Of a DNA stretch of 50,628 nt, positions 34,497 to 43,459 are shown piece after piece. Within the stretch, counting starts at the first letter, position 1. Every line of letters begins with the position of its first letter. The notes beneath the pieces are model-generated. The model was given only the letters and a program-made list of their open reading frames with translations. It was not told where the DNA came from and did not search any database. The DNA is from a virus (Duplodnaviria; Caudoviricetes). The stretch spans positions 1-50,628 of IMG/VR virus record IMGVR_UViG_3300028146_000013; one strand, given 5' to 3'. Both the position numbers and the translations under genes were made by a program.

Positions 34497-34515
34497 TAGG
34501 TTCTCCTAAGTAAGG

Positions 34516-35070
34516 TTATCGAGCCAATTTTGCCTTGCGAGTCGGACGATTAAACAGTGCCGTCCTTACGTATTCTAGCGTGCCTTTTTCTCTAGCTGTC
34601 CCATCAGGGGCAAAGATCGTCTCACCTTTAAAGATAGAACCGAGAATGCCTGCGTTCTTAGCATCAATTTCCGCTCTGTCTTCGTCCCGCCATTCCTGGC
34701 GGAGCTTCATCAAGTAAGCTCGCTCTGGACCGTTTCCGGCAGTGCCAGAGAGCGACCCAACCATCGAGACCCGAGTTCCGAGGTCGGTGTTACCCGAGAT
34801 TGACTTATCGTTAGCCAGCCCGGTTTGTACCAGACGTGCCTCCGATTGGTCAACAAACTCATAGCCACCCTGCATCATCGCCGGGATATTTGACTCCAGT
34901 GCCCAATAAAGGTACCAACCATCAATAGCGGGCACTTCCATCTTCCGGGTCGCTGTGGACATCGGGATACGCTTGCGGCGACCCGCAAGGATATCGGCAA
35001 TGTGGTCAGGGACCTTGGGATTAGCGACAGCCGCCGCATCAGGTTTCTGTTCTGGGGGTGAATTAACCAT
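34516..35070 (-). CDS. Conserved head-module protein
   Basis: GWYLYW...GYEFV...AYLMK; synteny. Confidence 0.6.
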   Translation of the reverse strand: MVNSPPEQKPDAAAVANPKVPDHIADILAGRRKRIPMSTATRKMEVPAIDGWYLYWALESNIPAMMQGGYEFVDQSEARLVQTGLANDKSISGNTDLGTRVSMVGSLSGTAGNGPERAYLMKLRQEWRDEDRAEIDAKNAGILGSIFKGETIFAPDGTAREKGTLEYVRTALFNRPTRKAKLAR

Positions 35071-35917
35071 TGGGGTTCTTCCTAAAGTATTCTTCCGCAT
35101 AGTGTTTACGATACGCCGTTAGGTCGGGGAACTGGCCCTTTTTCTTACCTACCAGTCGATCCTCGAACCGCTTAGATGCTTCCCTTACGTCGACGGGAAG
35201 GTCGTTAAAGTTCTTCTCGCCCTCGTGCTCCCTCTCCATCCGATCTCCTCCGCCTTTTCCGCCTTCCACTCTTGATTGCTGCCTTTTCTCTTCCATTCCA
35301 AATCTTACCTTGGTTGCCTCTGCAATCTTCGCAAACCGCGCCGCATGAGAAAGATTATCAAGCTCACCGGCTGCGGCAAGCTTCTTACTGATCTCAATCG
35401 AAGCCGCCCGCATCACATCATCGTCGTTCCACCAAGGGTTGTCCTTGATGAACTCCTTCCACTCAGGAAGCTGAGTGATGTCGGGTTGCGGAGTCGGAGC
35501 CTTAACCTCTGGCTTCTTCTCTGGCTCCTTCAACGACTCCTTTGCCTCCGTTAGCTTAGACCTCAGGCTCTCTTCCTTCTCGATATCACCGTCCTCGCGG
35601 GCTTGCTTGATACCCTGAACGAGGTCCTCTTGAAGGTCCGCCACCCTTTCTTTGTTGATGGCAGTACGGAACTCTTTGAGAGCGTCGATAGTCTCGGAGG
35701 CTTCCTTGAGTGTGTTCTCCAAGGTGGAGACCTTCCCCCGGACCTCCGTTAGCTCACCTTCGAGGCGCCGCCGGTCAGCCTGTAGGAAAGGAATGAATTC
35801 CTCCCCCCGCTGCACATACTTCTCGGCGTCGATCCAGTGCTCCTTCTTGCCCCGAAACTCAGCTTCAGGGAGCCACCCCATCTTCCTCGCCTTAACTTCA
35901 ACCTCTTCAGTACTCAT
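35063..35917 (-). CDS. Scaffolding protein (putative)
   Basis: ARKMGW, coiled coil, NPWW; between portal and capsid. Confidence 0.65.
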   Translation of the reverse strand: MSTEEVEVKARKMGWLPEAEFRGKKEHWIDAEKYVQRGEEFIPFLQADRRRLEGELTEVRGKVSTLENTLKEASETIDALKEFRTAINKERVADLQEDLVQGIKQAREDGDIEKEESLRSKLTEAKESLKEPEKKPEVKAPTPQPDITQLPEWKEFIKDNPWWNDDDVMRAASIEISKKLAAAGELDNLSHAARFAKIAEATKVRFGMEEKRQQSRVEGGKGGGDRMEREHEGEKNFNDLPVDVREASKRFEDRLVGKKKGQFPDLTAYRKHYAEEYFRKNPNG

Positions 35918-36222
35918 TTGTCTACTCCGCAGAACACGTCTTCTGCATTAACTAACCTATAGAATTCACCGTCTTTGCCTGTGGTGATGTGACCGCACCA
36001 TTTAGAGACCAGAACATGGTCGCCGGGGTAGGCTCGCGGCTGTCTCTCTTCCTTCCAAGCCTCCGGGCCTACCTCAATAACCACCGCGTTGACCTCTACC
36101 ATCATAGCCCGCTCGCGGGCTGTGTCAGGGATCTTGATAATAGTGCTAGTCAATTCAGTCTCAATCGGCTTTACCAGAACCGCCCTTCCCAGAGGATGGC
36201 GGCCTGATGTATTCTTCATCAT
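35914..36222 (-). CDS. groES: GroES-like co-chaperonin
   Basis: PLGRAVLVK...IP...VIEVGP...PGDHVL..K..G...YRLVNAEDV. Confidence 0.8.
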   Translation of the reverse strand: MMKNTSGRHPLGRAVLVKPIETELTSTIIKIPDTARERAMMVEVNAVVIEVGPEAWKEERQPRAYPGDHVLVSKWCGHITTGKDGEFYRLVNAEDVFCGVDK

Positions 36223-36466
36223 CGAAACTTTGGGTAAACTGCTCATAATCTTGCTCGATTAACCTCGTTAGTTGTCTAGATTCGCCTAATGCCTGTGCGT
36301 TCGCTACTGCGCATTCTTGAGGATCTTCACGCTGGAACTGCCCCGCCGCCCATTGCTCCATTAAGTCCTTGCGCCATTCCACCAGCATCTGGTGATACAT
36401 CTGACTCACCGGATGGGCCTTCCAGTCTAGGTACATCTCCTCCGTTGGAATTACCTTTATCTCCAT
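36161..36466 (-). CDS. Hypothetical protein overlapping the portal 3' end
   Basis: WKAHPVS motif typical of portal-adjacent small proteins; GGAG RBS. Confidence 0.6.
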   Translation of the reverse strand: MEIKVIPTEEMYLDWKAHPVSQMYHQMLVEWRKDLMEQWAAGQFQREDPQECAVANAQALGESRQLTRLIEQDYEQFTQSFDDEEYIRPPSSGKGGSGKAD

Positions 36467-38456
36467 CTTTAGCTCCGCTTGTGATTGCCTTGATTCGATC
36501 ACTTATCTGCCCGTGGTAGGTCTCGAAGGCTTTGATAGCGACCTCAAAAGCTTTCAACTGCGTTGAAGCCCGGTCAGAGCCGATCTCGGCGATGAGCTTA
36601 GCCGCCTGGGCTTTGAGTAGCTCAATCTCTGCCTGGACCTTCGGGACTTCCATCAGTAGCTCGTTAGCCCACTTGACCTTCTCAGCCTCGATCTGCGCTT
36701 GCTTGCCTTGCAGCTTGACCTGTTCGACCATCATCTTCGGGTTCGGAAGCGGCTTGGCCTTCTCCTCGCCTAGATAGAGCCGATCCACGTTCTCTACCTT
36801 CATAGCCTTGAGCCATCGCCGGTTGGCTTCTTCTCGATCATAACCCGGAGAAGTGTGCGCCCTTTGCCAAACCGCTTCGGCTTGGAATATTTGCATCGTG
36901 GTTGACGTGATGTTCGGGTCGGCGACTGGGGCGATTTGATCAACATTACCGGTATAGTCCTCCCGTCGAATGAAGTCGTTCTCAGCGCCGAAGGTCTTGT
37001 GGCTCAACAGGAACTGTTTGTTGAGCTTATAGAGCTTCTTAAACTCCTCCCGCATCGACCTCCAGACCCGCTTGAAGATCATAGAGTAGACCTTCATACC
37101 TTGCTCGGTCATGGACCGGGAGGTTTCGGCGGGTGTGTTCTGCCCAGGGCTTTCGCCGACCATGGTTTCGGTGGTACCGGCGAGACGGTCGGCGTAGGTA
37201 ATCAATAGCTCGATCAACTGCAGGGTGACCGCTAAGGGTTGTCTTTCGGGAAACGGAACGAGGTTCTTCCGTAGGTCATCACCTGTTGAATCGACACGCT
37301 TCCATTCCCAGGGGGCCATGGAATAGACTCCACCTCGTATTTTGGACCCTCTACCAAGGAAACCGCCGATGGAATTTTGGAACGTTCCAGAATCCAGAAG
37401 CTGATTGATTGCCGTAGATACCGCTTCGTTGATAGGCCCGAGAAAGGCTCCGAATCCCAAGTCATAAATACCTCCATCCGGGGATGGAATAAACGAATAC
37501 TTGGTGAAGTACTCTTCAGGGGTTATCCGCCGAATCGCGTTTCGGGATCGCTCCACCCCACCCTCATCAAACCGGGCGACAAGACGTACCACACTCTGGG
37601 ATGATTCTTCGATGGTGACCGTATATGGCTCCGCGTAGCCGTCGCCGTCGAGGTCAAAGAACCTGTGCTGTTCCAGCATAGTGAAAGCACTATCATCGTC
37701 GCGAAGCGGAGGCGGCGTGGAACCCTTGCGGACATCGGCCTGTGATCGTTCAACTCCTGCGTTAGTCTGAGTTGCAGGAGTCTGAAACCATCCATCATCC
37801 CTAATGTTGGCATAAACGCCTTCCTCTATCCTTTCCCAGATATCGTTCCGGTACATGGGGATAATGTGGGTCTTTCTAGCTGCACCGGCAGTGGATTTAG
37901 CCCAATAGTCCAGTACCAAGTCCCTAGACATGACCAATTCACTAACGTTGTGGCCGAGGCTTCCGCTGAAATAGGTTTTGACGAAGGCGGAACCCACGAC
38001 AGCGAGGTTGATAAGAAGACGATCATGCTGTTCCTCCCAACTCTCGTCCTCTTCGAGGACCTGCCAACTCATATGGCGCTGAATACGCTCCGCCCGCTTC
38101 ATCACTTCGCCTTTCGGGTCGGCGCCAATCACCCGGTAGCGAACCACGTCGGTCCCCTGGATAATCGCGGGATAGGACCGGGCGCTAAATTGGAGCGCGG
38201 CGATGGTGATGAGGGGAAAGATCACATTCGCCGCCCCTTGCCAGGGGAAATTCTTGTCCTTGGCGATCTGCATAGCGAGATCCATCGCCGCCGACATCCG
38301 ACGTTCCCAGGGAGTCCGCGATTGCTTGTCGGCCAGATAGCCATTGTAGGTCTGCTTGCCGAGAATTCCAAGATCTTCCTTGCTAAACCGGTCGCAAAGG
38401 TTTGGCGCCATGATCAAATCACGGTTGATGACTAGCTTTTTAGACAGAGTGAGCAT
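36327..38456 (-). CDS. Portal protein
   Basis: 709 aa directly after TerL; FPWQGAANV, G.AFVKTY, NQLLDSG, coiled-coil C-terminus. Confidence 0.85.
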   Translation of the reverse strand: MLTLSKKLVINRDLIMAPNLCDRFSKEDLGILGKQTYNGYLADKQSRTPWERRMSAAMDLAMQIAKDKNFPWQGAANVIFPLITIAALQFSARSYPAIIQGTDVVRYRVIGADPKGEVMKRAERIQRHMSWQVLEEDESWEEQHDRLLINLAVVGSAFVKTYFSGSLGHNVSELVMSRDLVLDYWAKSTAGAARKTHIIPMYRNDIWERIEEGVYANIRDDGWFQTPATQTNAGVERSQADVRKGSTPPPLRDDDSAFTMLEQHRFFDLDGDGYAEPYTVTIEESSQSVVRLVARFDEGGVERSRNAIRRITPEEYFTKYSFIPSPDGGIYDLGFGAFLGPINEAVSTAINQLLDSGTFQNSIGGFLGRGSKIRGGVYSMAPWEWKRVDSTGDDLRKNLVPFPERQPLAVTLQLIELLITYADRLAGTTETMVGESPGQNTPAETSRSMTEQGMKVYSMIFKRVWRSMREEFKKLYKLNKQFLLSHKTFGAENDFIRREDYTGNVDQIAPVADPNITSTTMQIFQAEAVWQRAHTSPGYDREEANRRWLKAMKVENVDRLYLGEEKAKPLPNPKMMVEQVKLQGKQAQIEAEKVKWANELLMEVPKVQAEIELLKAQAAKLIAEIGSDRASTQLKAFEVAIKAFETYHGQISDRIKAITSGAKDGDKGNSNGGDVPRLEGPSGESDVSPDAGGMAQGLNGAMGGGAVPA

Positions 38457-39917
38457 TTAATAGCCTGTAGTCGAGTTACGCCCAGAGTTCTGTCGATAAA
38501 TAGCCCCTTGGCGGGCCATTTCTAGGTCACCTTCATCGATTGCGTCCTCGTCATCGACCTCAGGAGCCTTGTCAATGCCCAAAAAGAGCGTCGCGGTGGA
38601 GTCGAATTGGTCATCGAGGGTCGCTTCGGAGTCCCCAGTGAACTTCATTACCTCCTCATGGTAGCCAGCATACCACTCCGCGCCCTTGTTGAACCTGATT
38701 GCTCCTGCCCGATGGCGCTTTTGGAAGGTCCGGCCCCGAGTTTTCTTGTCTGTGATCGGCGTGAGGACCTGAAAAGAGATGAACTTGTCCCTAGCGAACA
38801 TCTCTTTCACGAGCATAGGCTCAATCGCCTTCCATATTTGACCACCCTCCACATAAAACACATCGATATTCCAGCGTTGTTGTACGCTGAATAGCTCCTC
38901 AACAATCTCCAGAGAATCCCAACGCCCGACTCGTTGGTCAATGATATTAGTGAAATTACCGAGATCCTTGCCACCGATGGTGATGGATGACCGATTCGCA
39001 GAATCCTTTTTGGAGATTGCAAAGTCCACCCCCGCGTAGAAGGTCATGAACTGCTCAAAGTGCTCCGGCTTCATCGGAAGGAAGTCTTGCTCGCGCAGGT
39101 AAGACTCAGCGTTGTCCCGAGGATCGTTGAGATACTCTTGGGAGTAGCCCGCAGCGTCGCCTTCATCGACCATCTCTTTCTGCTTAGCCCGAAGACGAGC
39201 TTCTGGGAACTTCTCAGGCCAGAGAAGGTCCTCGAACTCCGTGAAGGACTTGTGGGCCTTGTAGAGGCGCGAGTGCCAGGCGTTGTTCTTCATCAATCGA
39301 CTGAGGAGAGAGTCCTCATGGAGAATGGTTCCATGAATACGAATAAGACCTCCGTCCCTGAGGGCCTGCTTACAGGCTCTAAAGAACCACTGGCGGAACT
39401 TCTTCCTTCTATCGACATTGACCACCTGTTCATCATCTTCAAGATCGTCGCCGATAATGAGACCAGGGCGGCATCCGTTCCACTTCCTGCCTCTAATCTT
39501 CTGTTCCGCGCCTCTAGCAATGATTCTAAACTGATGACCATCGACGCACTCCACGATGATATCGGTTTTCTGGTCAACCAAAAAGCCCTTAATCTTGAAG
39601 TCTCTGATGAGATCGTCGTTCTCTCTAAGCTCATTAGCGATGTCGTTGAGATGCTCGATAGCCATCTCTTCGCTCGCCCCGACGATAATCACGTAGGTTT
39701 GGGCCCTAAAGAGCACATTGGCGAGGGTGTAGTCGTGGGTCAAGGCTGTGGACTTGGCATGGTTACGAGGAGCGGCAATCGCACAGGCTTCCCAGGGGGA
39801 GCAATAAAGCGCCCAGCATTCCCGATGGAACTCTGGGGTGGGACGGGGAGTATCGTAGCGAGGGCTCAGGTAGACCCCTGAGAGTGACTCAACCAAGTCT
39901 GAGGTAAGCTGAATCAT
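38457..39917 (-). CDS. terL: Terminase large subunit
   Basis: APRNHAKST Walker A, IIGDDLE Walker B, GT, QEY, GVDFA, DDQFDS. Confidence 0.93.
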   Translation of the reverse strand: MIQLTSDLVESLSGVYLSPRYDTPRPTPEFHRECWALYCSPWEACAIAAPRNHAKSTALTHDYTLANVLFRAQTYVIIVGASEEMAIEHLNDIANELRENDDLIRDFKIKGFLVDQKTDIIVECVDGHQFRIIARGAEQKIRGRKWNGCRPGLIIGDDLEDDEQVVNVDRRKKFRQWFFRACKQALRDGGLIRIHGTILHEDSLLSRLMKNNAWHSRLYKAHKSFTEFEDLLWPEKFPEARLRAKQKEMVDEGDAAGYSQEYLNDPRDNAESYLREQDFLPMKPEHFEQFMTFYAGVDFAISKKDSANRSSITIGGKDLGNFTNIIDQRVGRWDSLEIVEELFSVQQRWNIDVFYVEGGQIWKAIEPMLVKEMFARDKFISFQVLTPITDKKTRGRTFQKRHRAGAIRFNKGAEWYAGYHEEVMKFTGDSEATLDDQFDSTATLFLGIDKAPEVDDEDAIDEGDLEMARQGAIYRQNSGRNSTTGY

Positions 39918-41230
39918 GCGAGGTCAGGGACAACCGCTAGGAAGCCAGGAAGTTCGATGGTCTGACCAAGGCTGGTGGTCGCCTTGGCGAGGATCTCGTA
40001 GATGGTGCCAAGGACACCCCCCGTGACCAACTGGCTCACGATGGTACCGGATATCAAAGAGGCCCCGCTGATGACCGCCGAGGGGCTCGGGTCGTTGCCA
40101 GTGTAGACCGTGCAAGTGCAGACCGCCGACACGATGGTTTCCCCAGCGCCTAGCTTCGAGATGAAGTCTATGGCTAGGAAGACTGTCTCGCCAAGTTTCT
40201 TTGCTGGTAGTATCACACGATCACCATATAGGCCAGGGGGCGAGGTAAGAGTCGGCGGCGGAGGCGGAGTTGTGAAGGTGCTAGGCGTCCAGACCTTCGT
40301 TCCGTTAACCGTTAGATCGACCTGCCCAGCAACGAAGGGGTTGGGGACGATGGTCCGACCGACAACAATAGGCCGGGGGACTGCAGGGTAGAACCGACTC
40401 TGTTGAGTCAAGTCAGCTAGCTGAGGAGCACTGATAATGGGGCGGATGAACGCCCCTGGAATCGGCGGTGCCTTGAGCGGCTTAGTAAGTACCGACTGCT
40501 GCGTCGGGTCGAACGCCTGTGGAGGCACAGGAACGTTCATAGTGATTGTGGGGCCTTGGATACCTGGAGACGACCGTCGAATCTGACTCTGAATCGTTAG
40601 ATCGACTTGCGGCTCGCCCACGAAGTAAGACTTCAACAGCAATGGCTGAGGGACCGTCCCCACCACACTCTTAAACGTGTTTGGCCGTAGCTGGAAGTAC
40701 TCTGTCGGATCGGGGCCTGCGCCAATCCAAGTGATCAACAAGCCAGGGAACGTTACCGATGGCTCATAGAACTGACTTTGAACCGTTGGGTCGAAAGCCT
40801 GTTGAGGCACAAAGATAAACGGACTGACCGGCGATATGACGATAGTCTGCTGTGGTGTCGCCGACCTCGTTATAACCGCCGGCAAGGTTGGATCGAACGT
40901 CTGTTGAGGCACGAACATGTGCTGAACAACAGGCGATAGCCCACCTTGAACCTGCGATTCCCAAACCTGACTTTGAAGCGTTAAATCATACTGTGGTCCA
41001 ACATTGATGAACTTGCCAAGACTATTGACGAGAGGCGGCGGGGTGATTATAGACTTGTAGATGTTAGTCTTAACCGACTCTGCGTTATAGATCGCCTCTG
41101 AATGAATACCAAACTGATAGGACGAACTAACCGCCTGCCCCGTGGGCTGAATCCCTGTAGGGGGCATCGCAAGCGCAAGCAGTGCTGCTACATGCGATGC
41201 CCCAGGACCATGGCCCACAACGGCTGGCAT
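39914..41230 (-). CDS. Repeat-containing virion protein with fibre-adaptor-like C-terminal domain
   Basis: Several PQxxD(P/L)TxQS repeats; C-terminal K..GE....IDF..L..GETI...GG..G..Y pattern. Confidence 0.5.
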   Translation of the reverse strand: MPAVVGHGPGASHVAALLALAMPPTGIQPTGQAVSSSYQFGIHSEAIYNAESVKTNIYKSIITPPPLVNSLGKFINVGPQYDLTLQSQVWESQVQGGLSPVVQHMFVPQQTFDPTLPAVITRSATPQQTIVISPVSPFIFVPQQAFDPTVQSQFYEPSVTFPGLLITWIGAGPDPTEYFQLRPNTFKSVVGTVPQPLLLKSYFVGEPQVDLTIQSQIRRSSPGIQGPTITMNVPVPPQAFDPTQQSVLTKPLKAPPIPGAFIRPIISAPQLADLTQQSRFYPAVPRPIVVGRTIVPNPFVAGQVDLTVNGTKVWTPSTFTTPPPPPTLTSPPGLYGDRVILPAKKLGETVFLAIDFISKLGAGETIVSAVCTCTVYTGNDPSPSAVISGASLISGTIVSQLVTGGVLGTIYEILAKATTSLGQTIELPGFLAVVPDLA

Positions 41231-41231
41231 T

Positions 41232-41774
41232 TCAGTTTACCGACCCAAAGGCACAAGACTGCGGGGTTACTGAACCAGCAACGGATAGCGTCCATCCAAG
41301 GAAGAACCCCTGGGTAGTACTAGTGTCGATGGTTGCGGAGGTCCCGCCAAAGGGAACAGCGAAGGAGCTACCAGCAGTAGCCGCCACACCGCCCCCATAG
41401 AAGCACCCATGAGCCATGGCGGTCGATGAGGTAGCGACACCGTTGTTGACGGTTCGCATGACGATAAACCCATCGATATACCAAGGCTCGTTGGTGAGGC
41501 TGACTGGAACGGTTTGAGCCACCGACGCCCCGAAGGTAACACCGCCCGTGGTGGTTCCCCATCGAGGCGTCAGAGTCAAGGTTCCAGAAGCGCCAGTAGA
41601 GTAGATCCCTCCCATCTTGAACCAGTACATCTTTCCGACCCTTGCGTCACTTGCTGGGACCTGAGTGAACGTAGCAACCGGAAAGAGTACTGTTTCAGTC
41701 GTCGCAACAATAGCACTCTGGTTCGCAAGGCAAGGGTCGCAATACGGTGCGTCAAGAAAGTATTGTCGCGACAT
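41232..41774 (-). CDS. Putative beta-sandwich virion protein
   Basis: T/G/S-rich; packed in the late operon. Confidence 0.55.
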   Translation of the reverse strand: MSRQYFLDAPYCDPCLANQSAIVATTETVLFPVATFTQVPASDARVGKMYWFKMGGIYSTGASGTLTLTPRWGTTTGGVTFGASVAQTVPVSLTNEPWYIDGFIVMRTVNNGVATSSTAMAHGCFYGGGVAATAGSSFAVPFGGTSATIDTSTTQGFFLGWTLSVAGSVTPQSCAFGSVN

Positions 41775-41777
41775 GGG

Positions 41778-42248
41778 TTATTCTTCCCACTGTAGACCAT
41801 AGGAGGTCAGGTTAGCGTCAGCGCCTGTTACGTTGCCACAACCCAACTGGTTGAAGGCTGTTCCCAGAGCGCCGCCGACAATAAACCATTCACCGCCGAG
41901 CGGCAACGTGATGGTCCCGCCGCCACCTTGAACGTTCCAGTTCTGCTTATACAGGTTAACGTCTGCAGTGGCCGTTCCCACGGTCGTGTAGGTGTTGACC
42001 GAAGCCAATGCAACAGCATTGGGGCTAGTCGGCACCACGCTCAACGCCGCTGGAGTCGCCGGGGTGTTACCGATTCTTGCCCATCGAGTGATATAGCCAA
42101 CGAGCGAAGTACCGTCGCCGCCCCAGTCAAACATCTTGACCTTGGCTAGCTGACCGACCGTCAGAGTGGTGAGCACCCAACTGTTGATAGTCGTGGTGTT
42201 CGCCGTTGGAGTAAAAGTTGCAGGGGTGTGTGCAGCAAACTGAGCCAT
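41778..42248 (-). CDS. Putative beta-sandwich virion protein
   Basis: GAGGA RBS; ends LQWEE. Confidence 0.55.
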   Translation of the reverse strand: MAQFAAHTPATFTPTANTTTINSWVLTTLTVGQLAKVKMFDWGGDGTSLVGYITRWARIGNTPATPAALSVVPTSPNAVALASVNTYTTVGTATADVNLYKQNWNVQGGGGTITLPLGGEWFIVGGALGTAFNQLGCGNVTGADANLTSYGLQWEE

Positions 42249-42260
42249 GGAGGAATCCTC

Positions 42261-42566
42261 TTAAGTATGTGGAACCATTTTGAGATACTTATCTAGCTTA
42301 ATAACAGCATCAATTGCCTGGTCAATCTGCTGAGTGAAAGGCACACAGCCTAAACGAGCAGTTTGAGCGACACAAGCGGGCTGGGAACAGAGGGGCTGGG
42401 AGCATTTAGAGCACCAACCCCCTTGGACCTTCGCCCATTCCTGCATCTTAATAACCGCGCGGCAATGGCCGCAGGTTTTAACGTCAGCTTCCTGACGAGT
42501 CTTTAAGTTCTTGTCGTTGACGAAATAACCCGCCCCCCGAATGTGAGGGGTACCTATGATAATCAT
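42261..42566 (-). CDS. Zn-finger-like protein
   Basis: CGHC...CSKC...LC...C. Confidence 0.6.
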   Translation of the reverse strand: MIIIGTPHIRGAGYFVNDKNLKTRQEADVKTCGHCRAVIKMQEWAKVQGGWCSKCSQPLCSQPACVAQTARLGCVPFTQQIDQAIDAVIKLDKYLKMVPHT

Positions 42567-42760
42567 CGTACGCGCTCCTCGTTCTGGTTATAGGGCTTAA
42601 GCCGAGGCTCCTGGGCCATGATCAAGGCGTCGTGGCGGATGACTAAGCTACGCTTAGCAGCAGCGATATCGCCTTTAGACAGCATCTCTAGCACGATAGC
42701 GATTAGCTCTAACTCTTCCTTATGCTGGCCGTATTCAAGGGTTTGAGTAGTGATAAACAT
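42563..42760 (-). CDS. Hypothetical protein
   Basis: Coupled ORF. Confidence 0.5.
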   Translation of the reverse strand: MFITTQTLEYGQHKEELELIAIVLEMLSKGDIAAAKRSLVIRHDALIMAQEPRLKPYNQNEERVR

Positions 42761-42763
42761 AGG

Positions 42764-43459
42764 TTAGCCCATGATGAAGATGGTTCTGGGAATTGCTGCT
42801 GGAGGCACAACTATAGTAGGCTTGTACGTTGAAGCTGCCCAAGCGTTATGATAGGTAGCTCCGCCAGTAGCGTTGCAAGAATTGGACCCAGAAGCCGGTA
42901 AAGTATTCGAGAAGAAGAAAGTGCCAATAGCACTCTCAGTGAAGTCCTGAGTCCAGCCGTTGTTCTGAGTGAAGGTTCCTGTGGAGGTCGAACAGAAGTT
43001 AGTTAGACAGCCAAACTCGTTAGCGGCTGTCGTGTTAAAGGTAGCGTTTAAAGGGTTGGCACTAACTGCCCCAGTAGTGTTGACATCGAGAGCCCCAGTT
43101 GTTAGAGCGCCGATTAACTCATAGACACATCCTGAGATGCCAATACCAGCAGCTACACTATTGCCCACCGTGATCGTTATTACTTTAGCCCCATTAGTGA
43201 CATTCAGAACGTGCGCTGTCCCACCCGTGCCGCCAGAGAAGACATCAAAGTTGTTCTGATCTGTAATATAGATATTGCTTTTGTCGTCTGTAATCGAAGT
43301 AAGAGAAGGAGTCCCCGTTGTAGAGCTAAAGCCAAACCCGACATGGATAATGCTTCCAACGCCTACGATGCTGCCTAACGTAATAACCAAGGAAGCCGAG
43401 GTGGAGGAACCACCGCTTCTAACATTACCAACTGGGGTCTGACCCTTAGTAACAGCCAT
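42764..43459 (-). CDS. T/S/G-rich putative virion protein
   Basis: TAATG overlap; SITDDKSNIY motif. Confidence 0.6.
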   Translation of the reverse strand: MAVTKGQTPVGNVRSGGSSTSASLVITLGSIVGVGSIIHVGFGFSSTTGTPSLTSITDDKSNIYITDQNNFDVFSGGTGGTAHVLNVTNGAKVITITVGNSVAAGIGISGCVYELIGALTTGALDVNTTGAVSANPLNATFNTTAANEFGCLTNFCSTSTGTFTQNNGWTQDFTESAIGTFFFSNTLPASGSNSCNATGGATYHNAWAASTYKPTIVVPPAAIPRTIFIMG

